Shown here: positions 23,700 through 33,913 of the stretch, piece by piece
Layout: every line of letters starts with the position of its first letter
Position numbering within the stretch: the first letter of the stretch is position 1
IMG/VR virus record: IMGVR_UViG_3300017747_001665
Location: 1 to 37,421 of that record
Direction: 5' to 3' (one strand)
DNA: 37,421 nucleotides
From: a virus
Taxonomy: Duplodnaviria; Caudoviricetes
Position numbers and translations under genes: made by a program
Notes under the pieces: model-generated
What the model saw: the letters and a program-made list of their open reading frames with translations, nothing else
What the model was told of the DNA's origin: nothing
Database searches by the model: none

Positions 23700-24980
23700 A
23701 TGCCTAATTTAGTAAATGGTAACGTCAGTCAGATTGTACTGAAAAAGTTTGTTCCAGGCTTTAAATCCACAAACGTACTGTGTAACGCAGTTGACCGCCA
23801 GTTAATCCAAGGCGAGTTAAACCCTAACACAGGCGAAACCGTATTCTTAAAACGTCCTCATCAGTACAAAGCCTTCCGCTCTGCAACTGGTGATTTAACG
23901 TCAACCACAACTAGCAACCTGATTTCAGGCAAAGTAGCTGCAACAGTCAGCAACTACTGCACTGTGTGGGTTGATTACCAACAATTCGAAGAAGCGTTGA
24001 AGTTGAACCAACTTGATCGCATCCTTGAGCCTGCTTACGCTCGCATGTCTACAGAAATCGAGTTAGAGCTTGCCAACTACTTTGTGAAAAATGCCGCTCT
24101 GTCATTAGGCACCGCAGGCACCGCTATCACTAAGTGGTCTGATGTTGCTCAAACTGGCTCTATGTTAACTGACATCGGCGCAATCGGTGGTCGTAAATAT
24201 GCAATCATGGATCCGTGGGCTGCTCAGAACTTAGCTGACAAGCAAGGCGCTTTACAGTCAGGTAACGTCGAACTGATTCGCTCTGCTTGGGAAGATGCGC
24301 AGATTGCTGGCAACTTCGCTGGTGTTCGCGCTCTGATGTCTAACGCTTTAGCAAACCGCACTTCTGGCTCTGCCGCTGGTGCTGCGTCTGTTACTGTGAA
24401 GACCACTCCAACTGTGACTTATGACGCAGTGAAAGACACCATGCAGATGACTGTTGTGTTGACTAGCGCGTCTTTAGCTACCAAAAACGTTGCAGTAGGC
24501 GACCAAGTGCAGTTCAACGCTTCTTTCTGGTTAAACCAGCAAACCAAGCAAGTGTTGTTCCGCAATGGTTCTGCTGTTCCGTTCACTGGCACAGTTACCG
24601 CTGCCGCATCTGCTGTGTCTAACGACATCACTGTTGTATTATCTGGTGCTGGTATCGTTGACGCGACCAATCCACAGTACAACACCATCAGCAAAGCAAT
24701 CACCGCAGGCGACTCAGTGACCATTCTTGGTGCTGCTTCAACTGTGTATAAGCCGAACATCTTCTTCCATGAGTCAGCAGTCGCCATGGGTACAGTTGTT
24801 CTACCTAAACTTCACGGATGGGATAGCTCAGTTTTTGTTGACCCTGACACTGGCTTATCAATGCGCGCAACAATGTCAAGCAACCCGACTACAAACGTTC
24901 AGGCAATTCGCATTGACTTGTTGCCAGCGTTTGCAATCACTAACCCAATGTTCGCAGGCGTTTTCTACGGAAACCCGTAA
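23700..24980 (+). CDS. Major capsid protein (P22 gp5 coat family)
   Basis: N-terminus MPNL..NVSQIVLKKF..GF....VL...VDRQL, KRPHQY, WSDVAQT; C-terminal DLLPAF...NP..G..YGNP resembles Sf6/HK620-type coats. Confidence 0.92.
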   Translation: MPNLVNGNVSQIVLKKFVPGFKSTNVLCNAVDRQLIQGELNPNTGETVFLKRPHQYKAFRSATGDLTSTTTSNLISGKVAATVSNYCTVWVDYQQFEEALKLNQLDRILEPAYARMSTEIELELANYFVKNAALSLGTAGTAITKWSDVAQTGSMLTDIGAIGGRKYAIMDPWAAQNLADKQGALQSGNVELIRSAWEDAQIAGNFAGVRALMSNALANRTSGSAAGAASVTVKTTPTVTYDAVKDTMQMTVVLTSASLATKNVAVGDQVQFNASFWLNQQTKQVLFRNGSAVPFTGTVTAAASAVSNDITVVLSGAGIVDATNPQYNTISKAITAGDSVTILGAASTVYKPNIFFHESAVAMGTVVLPKLHGWDSSVFVDPDTGLSMRATMSSNPTTNVQAIRIDLLPAFAITNPMFAGVFYGNP

Positions 24981-24995
24981 CATGACCAACTAACA

Positions 24996-25022
24996 GAAAG
25001 GGGGCTTCGGCTCCCTTTTTTA
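24996..25022 (+). terminator. Intrinsic terminator
   Basis: GC-rich stem with TTCG loop (ggggc-ttcg-gctcc) followed by a T run, after the coat gene. Confidence 0.75.
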
Positions 25023-25068
25023 TTGGTGCGTAAATGCTATACTATCCAAAACCATTTGGAGCCGCATC

Positions 25069-25767
25069 ATGTGGACAAAAGCCGACGTTATTAACTTTGC
25101 TCTACGAAAAGCTGGTATCAGCTCCAGTATGACCCTAACCAGCGCATCACCTGATATGTATGTTGACGCTCTATCGGACTATGAAGCGTTAGTTGATGAG
25201 CTTGCTACGACGATTAACATTAGACCTTATAAAACATTCCCTGCCGATATTGGCGACTTTACAGGCTTGTCAGACGTTGCAGCTCAAGCGGTTGGCTATC
25301 AGCTTGCTTTGCGCATATGTCCTGATTACCTAATCGAGCCAACACCACGACTTGAATCGTCAGCAATGCAAACGCTTGAATCATTGCGCGTGTCTATGCT
25401 TGAAGTGCCAGAGCTTGAGCGGCGTAATGATATGCCTATCGGTCAGGGCTGGAAGTTTGACTATAGAGACACCTTTTACAGGCAATCAAACGTTGTTGCA
25501 GGCTCTCAGATTGTTGCAGTCGGCGCTGTCGGCACCTACACAGTTAATCTTGACCAAGGTCAGTTGCTTAATGGCGAAACAATCTCTGCTGTTCAGTCTA
25601 GTATCTCAAACTTTGGCGAAATTGAAGCTGTCAGCAATACTGATTATGTAATCACCTATCGCGTTAAGTTTAATGAGCCTGGCGCTGGTCATGTAAAGTT
25701 TGTTATCGCTGGCACAGTATCAACTGTGTTTGTGCAAGTTGTAGATTTTGATGTGCGGGAGGCTTAA
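25069..25767 (+). CDS. Head-tail adaptor (P22 gp4-like) with C-terminal beta-rich extension
   Basis: TKAD.I.FALRKAGI.S..TLT...P....DAL.D.E, LALRICPDY.IEPT, RRNDMP.GQG, then about 90 extra residues. Confidence 0.8.
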   Translation: MWTKADVINFALRKAGISSSMTLTSASPDMYVDALSDYEALVDELATTINIRPYKTFPADIGDFTGLSDVAAQAVGYQLALRICPDYLIEPTPRLESSAMQTLESLRVSMLEVPELERRNDMPIGQGWKFDYRDTFYRQSNVVAGSQIVAVGAVGTYTVNLDQGQLLNGETISAVQSSISNFGEIEAVSNTDYVITYRVKFNEPGAGHVKFVIAGTVSTVFVQVVDFDVREA

Positions 25768-27152
25768 TGCAAATCCCAATTATTAAAGGCGACGCAATCA
25801 GTAACAAGGTTGATTACATAGACTACCTGCCGAAAAACCTAGTCGCAGTGAGTCGCCCAATCATGGGGGCTGATGGCTACCTAATCAGTCATGACGGATT
25901 AACGGCAGTCGGCGTTTCAGGAAATGCAGATGACCGTGGCGCGTTTTACGATGACCGCAGAGACTTGCACGTTCGCGTAATTGGTAACAAGGTTTACCGC
26001 TATCTTTCTGGCGAATTGTTGGAAGTTGGGTTTATATCTGGCACTGGTCAATGCTCTTTTGCGTACAGCTTTAACAATACGTTGATTGTCGGCGGTGGCG
26101 GCGCTTACCTTTACAACGGCGTTGATTTCACGCCAATCACAGACCCAGATTTAGGCACTCCGATTGATGGCGATTGGATTGATGGATATTTCTTCTACAC
26201 TGACGGCGAGTACTTGTTCCACTCGCTAATCAATGATGAATCGCAAGTAGATCCACTACAGTTCGCCACTGCCGAAATCATGCCAGATAAAACCCTTGGC
26301 GTTAAACGCACCACTGACAACCTGATGGCTGTATTTGGTCGGTACAGTATTGAGTATTTCATCAATCAAGGCGCTGAGCAGTTTAAGTTTTCACGCATCA
26401 CACAAAAGACAGTATCAGGAGGCATCTGCGGCACGCACTGCAAAGTGGTGCTGGATGATTTATTCTTTATATTGGGCGGCAGGAAAAACGAGTCACCATC
26501 GTTTCATATCGTCGGCTCCGGTACGCTAAATTGCGTATCAACTCGCAGCGTTGACCAAGTGCTATCAACTTACACTAACAGCGAATTGTCAACCGCTGTT
26601 ATGGAGTCAAGAGTTATTGAGCGAGACAAGCTGATAATGATTCGCTTGCCTCGTCACACTCTTTTGTATAATCACACAATTGCAGAAGCTCTAGGTACTC
26701 AGTTTGCTTGGACTTTGCTTTCCTATGGCACAGGCAGCAGCAAGTGGTTAGGCGTGAACGGCGTCTATGATAACGACGCAAACAGATGGATTTACGGCAG
26801 CACAAGCGGCGCTCTTTACTTTCTGGATGACACAACCGCAGCACAGAATGGAGTGGACACAGAATGGCAATTCGGCACTCCGCTGGTGCCAGCGCAGGCG
26901 ACTAGGCTGTCGAAGGTTGAGCTTAATACTGTGAATGGATTCTCCAGCGATGTGATTGCAGGTCTGTCTGTTTCAATAACCGGAGTCACTAATGGAACAG
27001 AGGTTCACTCGCTATACAGTCGCGCGGGAATCTACGACACTCGCTTGCTATGGCGTAGGATAGGCTACATTCCTAGACAGTTTAGTTTAAACGTTAGAGG
27101 CGTTAGCGCGTCAAAGGTCAACTTTAGCAATCTGGATGTTACTTATGGCTAA
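25767..27152 (+). CDS. Tail hub / DNA stabilisation protein (P22 gp10-like)
   Basis: IPI.KGD.....DYIDYLP.N, F.TAE..PD, FG..SIEYF...G, WRRIG; size and position fit. Confidence 0.88.
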   Translation: MQIPIIKGDAISNKVDYIDYLPKNLVAVSRPIMGADGYLISHDGLTAVGVSGNADDRGAFYDDRRDLHVRVIGNKVYRYLSGELLEVGFISGTGQCSFAYSFNNTLIVGGGGAYLYNGVDFTPITDPDLGTPIDGDWIDGYFFYTDGEYLFHSLINDESQVDPLQFATAEIMPDKTLGVKRTTDNLMAVFGRYSIEYFINQGAEQFKFSRITQKTVSGGICGTHCKVVLDDLFFILGGRKNESPSFHIVGSGTLNCVSTRSVDQVLSTYTNSELSTAVMESRVIERDKLIMIRLPRHTLLYNHTIAEALGTQFAWTLLSYGTGSSKWLGVNGVYDNDANRWIYGSTSGALYFLDDTTAAQNGVDTEWQFGTPLVPAQATRLSKVELNTVNGFSSDVIAGLSVSITGVTNGTEVHSLYSRAGIYDTRLLWRRIGYIPRQFSLNVRGVSASKVNFSNLDVTYG

Positions 27153-27666
27153 CAACAGTCTTGACTATCTACCCACGGAACGAGACATCTACAACGCGAT
27201 GAACAGCGGCAACTGGCCAGCTATCTTCGCAAAGGATTACTCAAGCCAAAAACGGATACAAAACACAACCGTTGACACCTCAGACGCAAACGCAGCGGCG
27301 ATTGTTACGCTGACGGCAGATGTTGAAACGTTGAACACCAATTTAGGCGAACACTTAGGCGACGAATCAGCGCATGGCGTCACAGGTCAAAACGTAGGCA
27401 CGCTAGACTACTGTACCGCATCAACTGGTGGTGTTGTGCTTCTGGCTGCTGCTGTGACCAACGCTGTGGCGTCAACAGTTGCTATTACTGGCGGCCTTGC
27501 TGTTGCGCCTGCAACTTACTCACAAGCGTACACTCAGTTACAAACGGATAAAATAAACGAGCTTTGCACAGACTTAACGCAAGTGGTCAGTGACTTAAAC
27601 GCGACCATCGGCAAGCTTAACTCTTTGCTAGCTGCCAGTCGTACAGCTAAGCAGTTGGCACCATGA
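27145..27666 (+). CDS. Tail needle-like protein (P22 gp26 position)
   Basis: Follows gp10; heptad/coiled segments; start MANN at 27145. Confidence 0.65.
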   Translation: MANNSLDYLPTERDIYNAMNSGNWPAIFAKDYSSQKRIQNTTVDTSDANAAAIVTLTADVETLNTNLGEHLGDESAHGVTGQNVGTLDYCTASTGGVVLLAAAVTNAVASTVAITGGLAVAPATYSQAYTQLQTDKINELCTDLTQVVSDLNATIGKLNSLLAASRTAKQLAP

Positions 27667-28046
27667 TAAGACGCACGACGCCTGATGAGCTAGCGCAACT
27701 GCTTGCGAGTCGCGGCATGAATGCGCCATATCGAGATGAAGCGTTTGTTGTTGAGCAGGGCGCTTATAAAATGCTGGTCGTGCTATTTCCGCTTGATGAC
27801 ACTGCCGCAGAGGTTCACATCTGTTGCCCGCGTGAATACCTGCCAAGATTTAGGAAGATGTGCGAGGAGGCAACAAGGTACATTGCATCGCTGGACATTG
27901 AAACGCTCTACACAACAATTGATGACAGCCTAAGAATTATCATTAACTCAGCCATCAAGCAAGGTTATTCGCCGCACTCTAAATCAGGCAGCTTGGGCGT
28001 ATACGTAAAGCATCTTAATGGTGCTACAATAGACAAAACTGAATGA
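27663..28046 (+). CDS. P22 gp14-like / GNAT-fold virion assembly protein
   Basis: AEVHICC motif; conserved position between needle and ejection genes. Confidence 0.6.
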   Translation: MIRRTTPDELAQLLASRGMNAPYRDEAFVVEQGAYKMLVVLFPLDDTAAEVHICCPREYLPRFRKMCEEATRYIASLDIETLYTTIDDSLRIIINSAIKQGYSPHSKSGSLGVYVKHLNGATIDKTE

Positions 28047-28056
28047 GGGTTTAATT

Positions 28057-28734
28057 ATGGCAGCAGCAGCAGCATTGGCAGGCGGCAGTATCGTTAGCGG
28101 TTTATTTGGCGCTAACTCTGCAAAGAAGGCGGCGCAATCACAAACTGACGCGGCAAAATATGCGTCTGATATTCAGATGCAAATGTTTAATCGTGGCTTG
28201 GAAATGAACGAGCCTTTCCGTCAAGCTGGCATTGGCGGTTTGCAGTCGTTGATTGATATGGGGCGTCAAGAAGATCGGCCTTTTAGCTTCGATTACGGCG
28301 CATATTTCAATTCTCCAGAATACGCAGCTTTATCTGCACAGCAAGAGCAGCAATCACTTGCAAACGCTTCTGCCACTGGCGGGATGCGCTCTGGTAACGC
28401 TAAAGCTGCTTTAGCGACGATTGCGCCACAGCTAGCACAGCAAGGCAGACAAAACGCGATGAGCGATTACAGCCTTAACCAAGCAGCTATGATGGACAGA
28501 TACAATCGTTTACAAGGCATTGTCGGCTTAGGTCTTGGCGTATCACAGCAGGGCGCTTCTCAAGCTGGACAAGTTGGCTCTGCTTTGGCTAACAACGCCA
28601 TGTATGCAGGCAACGCAAACGCAAACAAGTACAACCAATACGGACAACTTGCTCAAGGTGTTCTTGGTAACGCGGGTTCGCTGTATGCGTTTAACCAGAT
28701 GGGCGGCTTTGGCGGTGGCAGAGGGTTAATCTAA
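28057..28734 (+). CDS. DNA ejection protein (P22 gp7-like)
   Basis: Ala/Gly/Gln-rich; Y..SPEY, A.ATGG.RSGN..AALA.IAPQL. Confidence 0.8.
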   Translation: MAAAAALAGGSIVSGLFGANSAKKAAQSQTDAAKYASDIQMQMFNRGLEMNEPFRQAGIGGLQSLIDMGRQEDRPFSFDYGAYFNSPEYAALSAQQEQQSLANASATGGMRSGNAKAALATIAPQLAQQGRQNAMSDYSLNQAAMMDRYNRLQGIVGLGLGVSQQGASQAGQVGSALANNAMYAGNANANKYNQYGQLAQGVLGNAGSLYAFNQMGGFGGGRGLI

Positions 28735-29939
28735 TGGACTTTTTGAACCAGGTTACGCAAGGCGTTGCAGGATTGCAGAACATCCAAGCGAATCAGCAAG
28801 AAATGCAGATGCGACAAGATGAAATGCAGCGCCAACAAAAGAAGCTAGCAGATGAGGCTAAAGCTGCCGAGTATCTTGCGCAGTATCAAGCATCAGAGCA
28901 GGCTGGCACTCCAGACTTTACAACTTTAAACAAAGCAATCCTGTTGTCGCCAACCGCTAGTCAAAACGTGCTGGCTGGTATCGGCATTCAGGACAAGCGC
29001 CAAAAGTCTCAAGCGGCATCAGACGTTGTTAGCTTGTACGCTGCAACTGGAAGCCCTGACAAGTTTAACAAGCTAATCGCTGACCGCATTCAAGCAGTGC
29101 GCGACCGTGGCGGCGACCCTAAAGACAGCATTGAGCTAGCCAACATCTACGAAACACAAGGCGCTGAAGCTGCACGCAAGAGCCTGCAAATGGTTGGTGC
29201 TGCACTGGCTAACGAGGGTTTTGTTAAGGCTGATATGATTGGCTTGGGTGGTGAGAAAAATGGCATGACAGCTTTTCAGCAAGCATCAACAGACCTTCGT
29301 AAGCAAGAGCTTGAATTCGGCAAGGCTCAAAAGGCAACTGAATTGCAGCTTAAAGTTCTTGAAGCACAAATGAGGAAAGAAGATAACGAGTTAAAGAGGC
29401 AGGACTTGCAGTTAAAAATACAAGAGCAACAGCAAAAGCTTGCAGATATGGATAAGCAAAAACTCACATCTGCAAGAGAAAAAGACGCGGAAATGAATCA
29501 GGCTCTTTTTAGTATCGACAACATGATGAATACAGTTGAGCGCGTGCGCCAGTCGCCAAAACTGAATGATGTTGTTGGATCTATTCAAGGCAGGTTTGAT
29601 GCCTATATTGATGATGAGGCTGCCGCAACAATTAGATTAATTGATGGGCTAGGCTCTCAGGCTTTTATGGCAATGGTTCCAAGCTTAAAAGGCATGGGCG
29701 CACTTTCAAACGCTGAGGGTGACAAGCTTGCTGCGTCCCTGCAAAACCTGAGCAGAGTAACTAGCGAGGAGGCATTCAAAGAAAACCTGTCAGAAGTCGA
29801 AAGGTTGATGAACAAATCTAGGGGCTTTATTCTACAGAGATATGGAAAACCTGAAGCGCCTGCTGATGTCCCTGCATCATCTGGAGCTAACCCTAGACAA
29901 CCGCAAGTTATCGAGTGGAGTAGCCTAGATGGACGTTAA
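28734..29939 (+). CDS. DNA ejection protein (gp20 position)
   Basis: Helical, Q-rich; LKGMGALSNAEG.KL motif; synteny. Confidence 0.7.
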   Translation: MDFLNQVTQGVAGLQNIQANQQEMQMRQDEMQRQQKKLADEAKAAEYLAQYQASEQAGTPDFTTLNKAILLSPTASQNVLAGIGIQDKRQKSQAASDVVSLYAATGSPDKFNKLIADRIQAVRDRGGDPKDSIELANIYETQGAEAARKSLQMVGAALANEGFVKADMIGLGGEKNGMTAFQQASTDLRKQELEFGKAQKATELQLKVLEAQMRKEDNELKRQDLQLKIQEQQQKLADMDKQKLTSAREKDAEMNQALFSIDNMMNTVERVRQSPKLNDVVGSIQGRFDAYIDDEAAATIRLIDGLGSQAFMAMVPSLKGMGALSNAEGDKLAASLQNLSRVTSEEAFKENLSEVERLMNKSRGFILQRYGKPEAPADVPASSGANPRQPQVIEWSSLDGR

Positions 29940-32073
29940 ACTACCAAACGGCAAGATAATTAGAGGCGTGCCAGATGGCACAAGCAAAGAAGAAGTAAAG
30001 GCTAAAGCCATTGCTTCAGGCATTGCCACAGAGCAAGACTTTGCAGCTCAATCAGACTTTAATGCTTTAGAGTCTGAGCGCTCATTCTCAGAAAAAGCCG
30101 CAGGCGTTGGCGAGGCTGCTCTGTCTGCTGTCACTTCTACGCTTGCTGAGCCTATCGCTGGCATTGCTGGCCTTGCTAGAACTGCTACGCAAGGCGCTGA
30201 AGCTGGAGCTGATCGCGTTGATGAGATGCGCCAAGCTTTGACTTACCAGCCGCAAACAGAAGCAGGACAAGAATACATTCAAGCCGTTGGTGAATTACCA
30301 GTCATTAAGCAGGCTGGAGAAATAGCTCAAGGCGCTCAATCGTATGCTGGCAGAAAGGCGTATGAGCTAACAGGAAGCTCATTAGTTGCAGCAATCGCTG
30401 AGGGACTACCCGCTGCAACTGGTGCTGCATTAGGCGCTAAAGCACCAGGCGGATTGGCTGCGATGGCTGATAATCAAGCAAACGCCCTAGCTGGTCAAGG
30501 CGCTAGACTGTCAAATGCGGCGCAAGCAGGTATTGACGCAGATAAGCCAATGCCAACAGCAACAACTGATGTAGTTAAAAGTTTGTCACCTGAAAAGATA
30601 CGCGACATTGCAGATGTTGATCCAGAGTTTTTTAAAGCATTGGATAAAATCGGCGTAACTGCTGAGCCATTAACCAGCTACGCAAGCCGCAACCCTCAGT
30701 TTAGAGGTGTTGAGCAAGGGTTGGCAGCTATTCCAGGCTCTGCGTTGGCACCTGCTGAACAAGCTTTTATTAAGGATTTATCAGGCGCAGCTCAAGGCGT
30801 ATTTGAAAAATACGGAGCAGTCAAGGATTCTGCAGGCAAGTCAATGGAGTGGCGCGACGCTTCATTAAAGTCTATCGATGGCTTGGGTCAGGCGGCAGAC
30901 AAGGCTTATGACACCATCGGCGAAATGCTTGATAAACGCCAGCCAGCAAATTCAGTTGAGACTATGCGCTTTTTGGATGAGGTGACGCAGGATTTGCCGC
31001 TGGGTATTGACGATCCAGATGTGCCAGCAGCACTGAAAAAGGCATACCAATCAATTCAACCACGTCAACGTGTAAACCCCGAAACTGAAGCCGTTGAAAT
31101 CATTCCAGCCAACTACGAAAGCATGGACAGGCTACGCAAGAACATCGGCGCAGCAGCTTTCAAGAAGGAGGGTGATTTCAAGGATGCTGACTCTGCAATC
31201 TTAAAGCGTCTTTACGGCTCACTCACTGATGACTTAAACGTCATGGCTGAGGCTCAAGGCGCTGCCGAGCAAGTGAAGCTTGGCAAGGCTTTAGTTGCAC
31301 AGAGAAAGCAGCTAGAAACGCAGATGCAGGAGCTAATCGGAAAAGATTTGCAGAAAGACATCGTGCCAGTCGTTCAGTCTGGAATCAAAGGCCTAGCGAA
31401 AGGCGGATTGCAGAGATACGTTGACACCATGAAGCAAATACCAGATCCAAAAGTCAGGCAAGAGCTTTTAATGACAGCCTTAAACGACACGTTTAGTAAA
31501 ACACTAGCAGGAACAGAGCAGTTCACACCAACTGATTTTATCAAGTGGTATGACAGCACATTGGCAAAACCTACAGTTAGAAACCTGCTAGCTAGAGACA
31601 TGCCAAAAGGAGCAATAAAACGCCTTGACGCATTAGCAACTATCAGTCGCGGTATGGCTGTCGCTAAGTCTGACAAGATAAAAACAGGAGTTGTAAATTC
31701 TCTACTGGATGATAAATCTGGAATGATTCGACGCATGGTTGGCGTAGGCGTTAAGCGGATACCTGTTGCAAATGAGGTTGCATCTGCGCTTGGTGATGTT
31801 CTGGACGGAACGACAAAGCGGTCTGAGTTGGCTGGCAACCTGTTAGCATCTCCAGAGTTTGCGCACGTTATCCGTCAAGGTGTAGCAAAAGGTGTAATGA
31901 CAGGAACCAAAGCAGCCGAGCAAATGCGCAAGGCTGAATCATCGCTAGCCAAGTCCGCTGCATACAAAGCTTGGGCTGACACATTAAGAGACTCAGAGAA
32001 AGCTCAGTTGGCATCAATAGGAATCACATCATTCCTACTAAGTCCACAGCAAGAGCGAGAAAAGAAAGACTAA
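29929..32073 (+). CDS. DNA ejection protein (gp16 position)
   Basis: N-terminal V.LPNG..I..VPDGT motif; large Ala-rich helical protein; synteny. Confidence 0.7.
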   Translation: MDVKLPNGKIIRGVPDGTSKEEVKAKAIASGIATEQDFAAQSDFNALESERSFSEKAAGVGEAALSAVTSTLAEPIAGIAGLARTATQGAEAGADRVDEMRQALTYQPQTEAGQEYIQAVGELPVIKQAGEIAQGAQSYAGRKAYELTGSSLVAAIAEGLPAATGAALGAKAPGGLAAMADNQANALAGQGARLSNAAQAGIDADKPMPTATTDVVKSLSPEKIRDIADVDPEFFKALDKIGVTAEPLTSYASRNPQFRGVEQGLAAIPGSALAPAEQAFIKDLSGAAQGVFEKYGAVKDSAGKSMEWRDASLKSIDGLGQAADKAYDTIGEMLDKRQPANSVETMRFLDEVTQDLPLGIDDPDVPAALKKAYQSIQPRQRVNPETEAVEIIPANYESMDRLRKNIGAAAFKKEGDFKDADSAILKRLYGSLTDDLNVMAEAQGAAEQVKLGKALVAQRKQLETQMQELIGKDLQKDIVPVVQSGIKGLAKGGLQRYVDTMKQIPDPKVRQELLMTALNDTFSKTLAGTEQFTPTDFIKWYDSTLAKPTVRNLLARDMPKGAIKRLDALATISRGMAVAKSDKIKTGVVNSLLDDKSGMIRRMVGVGVKRIPVANEVASALGDVLDGTTKRSELAGNLLASPEFAHVIRQGVAKGVMTGTKAAEQMRKAESSLAKSAAYKAWADTLRDSEKAQLASIGITSFLLSPQQEREKKD

Positions 32074-32078
32074 CAACC

Positions 32079-32103
32079 AGCCGCCAATCAAGGCGGCTTT
32101 TTT
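32079..32103 (+). terminator. Intrinsic terminator
   Basis: agccgcc-aatcaa-ggcggct followed by a T run. Confidence 0.75.
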
Positions 32104-32155
32104 ATTCCCGACGCTGTGTTAAACTATAGGCATCTGAACAATCGAGGCTAACAGC

Positions 32156-33913
32156 ATGAGCTTTACACTTTCCAACCCGTTCCAATACTGGAACAATCCA
32201 AACAACAGCAATCCTGTTGGCCTTGGCAATTTGTATGTGGGATTGCCTGAAGAAGATCCAGTTATAGAAGCCAACCAAGTGCAGGTTTACATTGTAGACG
32301 TTGACGGCAACGACGTAGCTGTTGCTCAACCAATCCAGTTATCTGCCGGAGGTGTTCCGACTTATGGCGGCGTTCCGGTGCAGGTAAAGATTGACGCGCA
32401 AAACGTCAGTATTAAAGTGACAAACTCCATCGGCGCTCAAGTGTTCTATACAAAGAACTACGCGCCTGCATCGGGTGGCGGCAGTGGTGGTGGCGGTTTG
32501 ATTTACGACATCCCGCCGGAGCTACTGACAGTCAACAACACATATTTCAACCCAGAAAACTTTAACTTAACTTTTAGTTATCAGGACGTCGATTCTACTC
32601 AATACGTCAGCTTTCCTTTAGTTGGCACTGCCGTTTACACAGAAGGCGGTGGCGGTGGTGGAAGCGTAGATATTGCAAACGCTGGCGGCACTGGTACGAC
32701 TTTATTAAAAACCATCTCTGCTGATAACTATGAAATCAAGCGCTTAAAGGCTGGCAGTAACGTAACGCTGACTGATGACGGCAACGGCGTAACGATTAAC
32801 GCATCCGGCGGCGGTGGCGGCACAACTACGCTTTCAAACGCTGGCGCAACTGGCTTGCCGTTAGTGTCTGACATTGTTGGTGCTGATTATCCAATCAGAC
32901 GCATCCAAGCAGGCACAAACGTAACTATTACAGATAACGGCACTTACTACACAATCAACTCTTCTGGCGGTGGTGGCGGTGGTGGGATTACGTCATTGCA
33001 AAACGTGAATGATGCTGTGGGTGTTGGCGTCTATAAAGAAACAGTTGCAAACGTTGGCTATTTCCGTCGGCTGCAATCATCTGATGCCAGTATCGCGCTA
33101 ATCTCTGATGTTGATGATATTGACTTTAGCGTTAACGCATTGCCGTACACGAAGATTAACAACGTTACCACGGCTAGACTGTTAGGTCGCTCAACTGCTG
33201 GCGTTGGCGTTGCTGAGATGATCACCATCGGCGCAAACCTAACGCTATCGGCTGGCACGCTATCCGCAACAGCTCCAGCCGTCACAGATGGCGACAAAGG
33301 CGATATTGTTGTTACTGGCTCAGGCTCTACATGGACGTTTGACACAAACGTTGTGACGTCGTTTGCTCGCACTGTATTGGCTAACACATCTGCAAGCTCT
33401 ATGCGCTCAACACTTGACGCACAGCAAGCAGACGCAACGCTTACCGCATTGGCCGCGCTGTCTACGACTGCTAACCAGATGATTTATTCAACTGGCTCAG
33501 ATGCGTTTGCAATGACCGGATTAACAGCGCTTGCTAGAAACTTAATCGCAAGCTCTACAACGTCAAACATGCTCAACCAGCTTGGAATCATTGTCACAAC
33601 TAACGCCAATGGGACGTCTATCAGGTTCCCAACAGCATCTCCAACGTCAGGCATTCAGATTTGCTTTAATACCAACATGACGCTACCAGCGACAAATATC
33701 GCGCTTGGCTCCGGCTTTACAGGTAACGCTTTAACGTGGACATTCCCTCAAGCGTTCAGCGCAACACCGACGTACAGCTTCAGTAATCAGAACGATGACA
33801 ACGTTTTCATTTCTGGCGCAGGCTGCTCCGCAACTGTCGCTGCTGCACGCGGCAAAGCATTTACAACAACTGGCGCGACTACTGTCGTAGCAATGGCAAT
33901 AGGAGTTTATTAA
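32156..33913 (+). CDS. Tail fibre with P22-type head-binding domain
   Basis: N-terminal SNPFQY...G.LYVG....DP....NQVQVY.......V.VAQPI....GG.P.Y.G; poly-Gly linkers separating repeated R.L.AG.NVT.TD.G...TIN modules. Confidence 0.8.
   Translation: MSFTLSNPFQYWNNPNNSNPVGLGNLYVGLPEEDPVIEANQVQVYIVDVDGNDVAVAQPIQLSAGGVPTYGGVPVQVKIDAQNVSIKVTNSIGAQVFYTKNYAPASGGGSGGGGLIYDIPPELLTVNNTYFNPENFNLTFSYQDVDSTQYVSFPLVGTAVYTEGGGGGGSVDIANAGGTGTTLLKTISADNYEIKRLKAGSNVTLTDDGNGVTINASGGGGGTTTLSNAGATGLPLVSDIVGADYPIRRIQAGTNVTITDNGTYYTINSSGGGGGGGITSLQNVNDAVGVGVYKETVANVGYFRRLQSSDASIALISDVDDIDFSVNALPYTKINNVTTARLLGRSTAGVGVAEMITIGANLTLSAGTLSATAPAVTDGDKGDIVVTGSGSTWTFDTNVVTSFARTVLANTSASSMRSTLDAQQADATLTALAALSTTANQMIYSTGSDAFAMTGLTALARNLIASSTTSNMLNQLGIIVTTNANGTSIRFPTASPTSGIQICFNTNMTLPATNIALGSGFTGNALTWTFPQAFSATPTYSFSNQNDDNVFISGAGCSATVAAARGKAFTTTGATTVVAMAIGVY

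Noticed and set aside
32476-32987. GGC/GGT trinucleotide runs as contingency microsatellites
   Set aside because: They encode in-frame poly-Gly linkers with mixed codons, as expected for fibre hinges.
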